Shown piece by piece: positions 54,950 to 64,000 of a DNA stretch of 64,000 bases; positions within the stretch are counted from its first letter, which is position 1, and the number at the start of each line of letters is the position of its first letter. The stretch comes from the human T2T-CHM13v2.0 reference genome, Homo sapiens. Made by a program: the position numbers and the translations under genes. The stretch is taken from assembly GCF_009914755.1 (NCBI RefSeq), contig NC_060933.1; one strand, given 5' to 3'. The notes under the pieces are model-generated. The model did not search any database. It was not told the origin of the DNA and saw only the letters and a program-made list of their open reading frames with translations.

Positions 54950-55600
54950 CACCTAGGACAGGGCGCCTCGCAGCAGGGCAGGCGCGCTCAGGAAGAGAAC
55001 GACTTTCTCAGGTTGTGGCCTGAGTGTAGAAAGCTGAGCGAGTTCTGGAGGGCGCCTGGGAAACTCGACCAATGTGCCCAGCTGAGACTCGAGGGTCCCT
55101 GTCCCCACCCGCCCTGTCCCGGGCGCCGCTGAAGCGCACGGAGGACAGGGGCAGCCCCGCACTCCCGCAGACCCCCCGGCCCCGGGCCCCGCCTCACCCG
55201 TAGGTGGTCAGCAGCGCCTTGTTGACAAGCACGATGAGGAAGGAGCAGGTCCCGTAGAAGAGCGCCGACAGCAGCCGGGCCACCCGCGAGGGCAGCCGCG
55301 CCGCGCCGGGCTCCCCGCCAGCGCCCTCGGCCTCGGCCTGGCCGCCGGCCGTCATCTCCTGCGGCCCCGCGGACCCCGCCGCCCGCCAGCCCCGGCTGCG
55401 CACTGGTCCCGCCCGGCCGGGCCGGGGAAGAGGGCGCGGCAGGAACAGGAAGAGCCCGGCGCAATCCCAGGTCCCGACCCGCCCCCTGCGAGCGCCCGAG
55501 GCCGGCGCGGGAGGACCCTGCGCGCTGGACTTCACCCTGGTTCCAGGCACCTCCTTCGGTCTCCAGGGCCGGCAATGCGCTGGGGAGTTGAAAAGCGCTG
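54950..55600. promoter_or_regulatory. SLC35D2: CpG island / SLC35D2 promoter and 5'UTR, with GC boxes (e.g. CCGCCC 55479-55484)
   Basis: Very GC-rich, CpG-dense segment around exon 1, unlike the rest of the window; no obvious TATA box. Confidence 0.9.
55198..55355 (-). CDS. SLC35D2: SLC35D2 coding exon 1 (MTAGGQAEAEGAGGEPGAARLPSRVARLLSALFYGTCSFLIVLVNKALLTTYG), ends in phase 2
   Basis: ATG at 55355-55353 (context caggagATGa), donor GG|gtgagg; lies within the CpG island; matches the end of ORF 55194..55766. Confidence 0.96.
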
Positions 55601-55679
55601 CCTTCCTCCAGGCTTTCCTGGAAAGAAACGCTTCAGTAAGTCTCAGGGCTTGTTTTGCTTTTTTTTTTTTTTCCCTACA

Positions 55680-56150
55680 ACTTTTTTGTTTAGTGTATAA
55701 TTTACATACAATGAAGTGTACACATCTTGCCAGTCCATAGTTTGAGATGAGCTTCGACAAAGGCATCCACAGGAGTAACTACTCAAAACAACATTTCCAT
55801 CGCCCCAAAAATTCCCCTTGCTGCCCCTTTGAAGTTAACGCCCGCATCTCATCGATGACTATTGCTGTAGGTTAGGTTTGCCTTTTCCGGAATTTCAAAT
55901 AAACAGGGTGCTTTCTAGAATTTATGAATGAGCATGTGGTCTCAGGGGTTTTCACTCTATGCTTTGGACTCGACCATGTGGTTTGTTTAATCGTTGAATA
56001 GTATCACAAATTGTGTATCCATTGGTTGTTTCCAGTTTAGGACCATTAGGAAAAATGCTTCCATGAAAATTCGTGGGCGTTTGTGGGACCTGTGTCTTCA
56101 TTTCTCTTAAATAAATATCTAGGAGTGGAGTGGCTAGGAGTAAGGTGGGT
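55680..56150 (-). mobile_element. Old L1 3' fragment immediately upstream of the SLC35D2 promoter
   Basis: tataatttacatacaatgaagtgtacacatct...aataaatatctaggagtggagtggctagg resembles an L1M 3' end in antisense. Confidence 0.65.
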
Positions 56151-56295
56151 GAAGCCTTGGGACTTGGGTGTCCTCTGGGTGCTTTGTGGTAGGTGCATTC
56201 CTCGCGGAGGGCCGTTTGCCTTCGGGTCAGGTCAGTTGAAGGACAGCTTCCCAGAACCGCCTACCCTTGTCAGTCTTTAAAAAATATGAACTTTT

Positions 56296-56636
<341 letters not shown>

Positions 56637-57659
56637 GAACTTTTAGCTTCTTAGAAAAGCTTAAGATTTCAAGTTAAATAAAAGTTGGGGCCTAACTATA
56701 TAGATGCCCAGAGAATTGTTTTTCTACCCTTAGGCACTAAACAACCAGGAGAATGAAAACTGGGAAACATTTTCAGCCCTGATAAGAACTAAAGCAGAAC
56801 TCGTGAAAATTAGCTAGCATTAAAAAGACCAGAAGTGCCCAAGTTACCCAAAACAAGAAAGAAAAGACATGTTAAGTCCGTTTTAAAAGAGAAAATGAAT
56901 CCATATTCAAGTTAAACAGGAAATCGGTCATTTTGGTTAATTTCCTCAGAACATTCAATTTTCTTGTGAGTCTCCAAATGTTTTGACTGCAAAAAGAATA
57001 TTTTAAAGTTATTTTTAATGATGACCTTCATCATAATTGCATTTAGTTTGATTGTATACACATACTTCCAGGACCTTACCTCGCTGTCAAAATCCCATCC
57101 TTACCCTGTTTAAACAGCAACTCACACTAAGGAGTTGCTTGTGATATTCTTCTGCACAAGGGTAGGACAGGCTGACCCTTGCCACTGCAAATACACAACT
57201 AAAGATCTACCAAAAATAACTGATGAAAAAAGAAAACCAATTTGCTAGACTCTTAGAAAAGTACACAGGCTTTAAATGGATTCTTGAGGAGCTGACCCCA
57301 GAGACAACCCATCCTAAATGTAAGTGAAATGAAATCCCTTTTCCTTATTACCCTAATTTAAGGCCTGGAAATGGGGTGGCAATAGTTCAATACTTATCCA
57401 CAGCAGTATATTTTTAACACTGTAGTAATGAACCCGATGAGGAAGTTAAATATCTATAACCTTAAAAGCCATAATTAAAGTAAGAAAAAGCAATCCACAC
57501 TGTACTTACAACTACGCAAACATGTACTGAAATAATACTGATGGCTGAACATAAGGCTGTAGGTGATGTTTCTATCTTTTAAATTTTTTTATATCATGGT
57601 TATTATATTTTCGATAGGAAAACAAATGATAAAGGCTTTAAGAATGACCGTGTACTTTA

Positions 57660-59957
57660 AATTTTAAATTAAAATAAATTTTTATTCAAAGCATCTTTTA
57701 AAATTACAGCATGTTTATTCTTATGCTGTTAACTCTGCCAAACTACAACTTAGCCATATGAAGCATAAAACACTTCAAAAATTTGAATGTAAACCATTTT
57801 TTAAAACAAAAAGCAGTCTTAACACACCTCAAATTTTAGATACCAATGTATTTTTCCAAGTATATAGCTTATATCAAAAAGAACATTTTAAATGTTTCTA
57901 AATAGTTGTGATAATTTCTTAAACTGTTGCAATTATACAAATAAAAAATGTTTATGAAAAAACTATTAGAGTTGACAAAAGCTGACTGGAGAAACAAGGA
58001 AAAACCCTTACTTTTGAAGGCCTTAAATGTTATCATCTGTGAATTGGCAAATATTTGTATTTGAAAAATTCTTACTACCCTTCCTTCTTTAGTTAAGTTG
58101 ATCAAAGTTCAAATTTCCCAAGACTGATGAGTGTTGTTTTTAGTTCATTAAATCACATATTTGAGAGCAAAAATTCTAGAGGAAATGCTGAAACATAAAC
58201 CAAGATAATTCAGATGCTATAGTCTCTCTTACCAGCTTATAAGTGCTCCAAATTAAAATTCTATATACCACATTACAAAAAAATTCTTAGACCATTACAA
58301 ATATAAATTCTCTTATTACAAAAAAATCCCTAAAGATTTGTAATTTACTGTACAGAGGAATTACATTTTTAAAGTATGTCCTCATCATACACATTATTCG
58401 TAACTATCGTATCTTCTTTCATACTTTTTCTCCTCTTCAAGACATTTACATGCCTCCCCTTCCCCGTGGCTACATATTTTAAACTATCTGTGTACTATGA
58501 CACATTGGGATTTTTGGATAAAGAAGCCTACTTTGTAATGTTTAAACTACATCTGTAGGAACGTCTTCAACTCAAAAAAGCTAAAAAGGCACTGAAGAGC
58601 CCATATTTCCCTCTATTACTCTGAGTTTTACTCCAATTAAGCGATCTGTAAGTTACCATGCTATGCATGTCATTTAGTTCTGTTTAGAACAAAAGCCAAA
58701 ATGATGGAAGTTTTGCCTACATAAAGGAGGTGGTCTGCTCAGCTCTTGATTTTTCTGTTCATGCTTCAGTACATAAAGTGGTGTTTAATAACTTTATTTG
58801 GAAAAATGGCTTCAAACCACCACACAAGTTAACACACTTGCAGTTAAAACTATTTCAGAAGCCTACTTATTTGAGTAGCTAATATTTTCTGCAGTGTTTA
58901 ACTGATAGCTAAATTTAGTGAACACAAAATAGCTTGGCATGTTACTCTGAAGTAAAGCAAGAAGGTGGCTTTATGCACTGAAAATATAAATATGGAGGCT
59001 TCCATTTGCTAATAATTCTAAACAAGCAGTACAATTAAAATGTAGTGTTTGCTAACAAAAGATCTAAAACATTTCACTACAAAACAACCCTGCAGGTGTC
59101 CCTTTAGTAAAAATCCAAGTGCCAAATCTCATTACAGGGCCCTTAATATGTATTTTTAAAATTACCAATTACTATGTTACCTAGACTTTGCAAGATTAAT
59201 CACTCAATTTCAGCAAATGAGAAATATGAAATGTGCAAAAGTTCCCAAGTTAACATGCTAGGGATGACAAGTGCTTTTCAAACTTAAACATTATACTGAG
59301 TTGTAAAGCCCCAGATAGAATAAGACTGATTTTGCTCCAATTTCAAAAATTCTGAACTATTGTGCATCTTACCAAGAGCCTCAAATATCTATTTTCTTCT
59401 AAGTCCATTACTTAGAACATCTTCCAAAATAGCCTCCCATTTCTCTAGCCTTAGTGGGCACAGTATTTTGCAATTAAAATTATCTATCTTACATATTTTA
59501 TACTTTCTTGCTTGCTTCAGTGTTTACAGTATTGTTAAACATACTAATATATATTGTTAAAAATGATCTTATAAATAATCTGTTTTAATCTTCTTTGGCT
59601 ATTTGTACCATTCTGTTTTTCAAACAAGTGTCTTATTCAGAAAGTGCTTCCTGTGAGAACTGCTTCCAATGAATGCATTAAACTTGCAAAATCTAGCTTC
59701 CCACAATATGTAGTTTTCTACCCTGTACTGTGCAGTCCATATTTACAAAATATTTTAAACTTTACGATGAATTCATTTCCATATTAAAAAAGTGCAGTTC
59801 TCTCTCACCCCATATTCTGGGGCAATAACATTCTTCATAAATTTCTACAGAATAGCAGCCTATGATAAGCAAATAAGGTGCTTAGCTTATGCCCAAGGAT
59901 CTACTTTTTAAGTATGCTGGGCAGTACTTTTGTACAGTGGAAGAGTCAGTGTCCAAG
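57660..59957 (-). other. ZNF367: ZNF367 3'UTR (about 2.3 kb, AT-rich, no obvious repeats)
   Basis: Unique AT-rich sequence after the stop codon, running to an AATAAA at 57686-57681; the exact cleavage site is inferred. Confidence 0.8.
57681..57686 (-). terminator. ZNF367: Polyadenylation signal AATAAA (distal ZNF367); a second AATAAA at 58798-58793
   Basis: tttatt on the plus strand, at the end of the unique AT-rich UTR. Confidence 0.7.
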
Positions 59958-60180
59958 CTACTGTCGGAGTGGCGCCCCAGTCAGGTTGGCAAGCTCTATG
60001 AGCGCGAGGGCTCCATGCAGGCGCTCCCGCTGCTCCTGCAGCCGGCGCTGGGCCCCTCTCTTCTCGTCGTCCTCTTCATCAGACTGAAGGTATTCCAGAG
60101 GGTCCTGCTGCTCCTGATCAGCCTTCTGAACCAGCTTGCCTTTCAAAGTGGGGGTGCGCTGCTCTCTCATTTCCCAATAC
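59958..60180 (-). CDS. ZNF367: ZNF367 last coding exon ((R)YWEMREQRTPTLKGKLVQKADQEQQDPLEYLQSDEEDDEKRGAQRRLQEQRERLHGALALIELANLTGAPLRQ*)
   Basis: Acceptor tttcacatag|G at 60180, TAG at 59960-59958; peptide recognised as the ZNF367 C-terminus; ORF track 59958..60170. Confidence 0.92.
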
Positions 60181-60737
60181 CTATGTGAAATGCAGCAACA
60201 TTAGTTACATGGCAGACATGAAATTTCCAAATGTTTACTTTTCTTTTAAAAAGTTCCATACCACAATATTACTTTTATGTGGTTCAGTTTATAAAGTTAT
60301 AAAGTGATTTAACATAAATTTCCTATTTATAGAGGAAAGAAACTGAAGTTCAACGAGGTTAAGAGACGTGCTCAGGTTTCCACAATAAACCTGGCAGTTC
60401 TAGATCTTCTACTCACTCTCAAATCACGTTTTTGCCATTAAACTATCACCGCCTTAAAGAGCCTGTGTGAAATGGACTTGAGTAAAATACAGAAATAGTA
60501 GAAAAAACAGTCTTTAGAAACTTATTTATCCTATCTACAGAGGGATGGTAACTTCTGACAGCGTTAACGCTGTAAATATTAAACCCACAAACTATGAAAA
60601 AGTGATTAACATCTGTGACACAGAGTTTATTCAAAAACTTAAAAACACTACCCTTATTCTGTTACATGGCCAACTGATAATTTACAAGAGAAAATGCAAA
60701 TGCTCAACTCTTTGGTAACTAAAGAAATGAGTATTTA

Positions 60738-63757
<3,020 letters not shown>

Positions 63758-64000
63758 TCTATCCCTGTTTTAATTGGCACGTAGCTAAGGCTAACATAAA
63801 GAAAATGAAAAAGGTTGCATTCATGACGAATGAAATACAATACATATAAAACATTTTTTCAAAATAGGAAAACTCTTCCTTTTAAAATAAACTGTAGTCT
63901 GGGCACTCTAATTATATTGTAATTTTCTATCACACACAGATCCTAAGATCCTAATACCACTCACAACAATTTTATAGAAAATCAGGGGTCATTTCTAATT

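Noticed and set aside
54988-55575. 195-aa alternative-frame ORF over SLC35D2 exon 1
   Set aside because: Low-complexity G/A/R/P sequence expected in a CpG island; it begins at a non-ATG codon and runs through the donor into the intron.
58121-58129. AGACTGATG matching miR-21 nt 10-18 in the ZNF367 UTR (similar at about 59323)
   Set aside because: No adjacent seed match, and short enough to be chance.
59878-60188. Plus-strand ORFs antisense to the ZNF367 last exon
   Set aside because: Shadow ORFs of a GC-rich coding exon, with no independent evidence.

Overview
Primate, most likely human, genomic DNA with very high repeat content: about 75-80 Alu copies or fragments by manual count, plus L1, L2, MIR, LTR and DNA-transposon relics. 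It carries two genes in tandem on the minus strand. (1) SLC35D2, a Golgi nucleotide-sugar transporter: CpG-island promoter and coding exons 1-9. I rebuilt these from GT-AG junctions, and they splice into one uninterrupted frame (MTAGGQAEAEG...FLLSCFLG); the remaining exons lie left of the window. (2) The last coding exon and about 2.3 kb 3'UTR of ZNF367, ending only about 2 kb upstream of the SLC35D2 start. Almost all ORFs in the supplied track are Alu or L1 translation artefacts. There are no CRISPR arrays, rRNA or tRNA genes, or intact retroviral genes, and I cannot support a wholly new gene system. The best leads are: a phase match that would make a ZNF367-SLC35D2 read-through splice in frame; an approximately 103-bp inverted duplication in SLC35D2 intron 1; a near-consensus AluYa5; a multi-layer nested Ricksha/MLT2/MER4/MER1 transposon stack with a FLYWCH relic; a miRNA-site-dense ZNF367 3'UTR; and a candidate Sin3-binding helix in the ZNF367 C-terminus. 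Repeat subfamily names come from recalled consensus sequences, not from a search.
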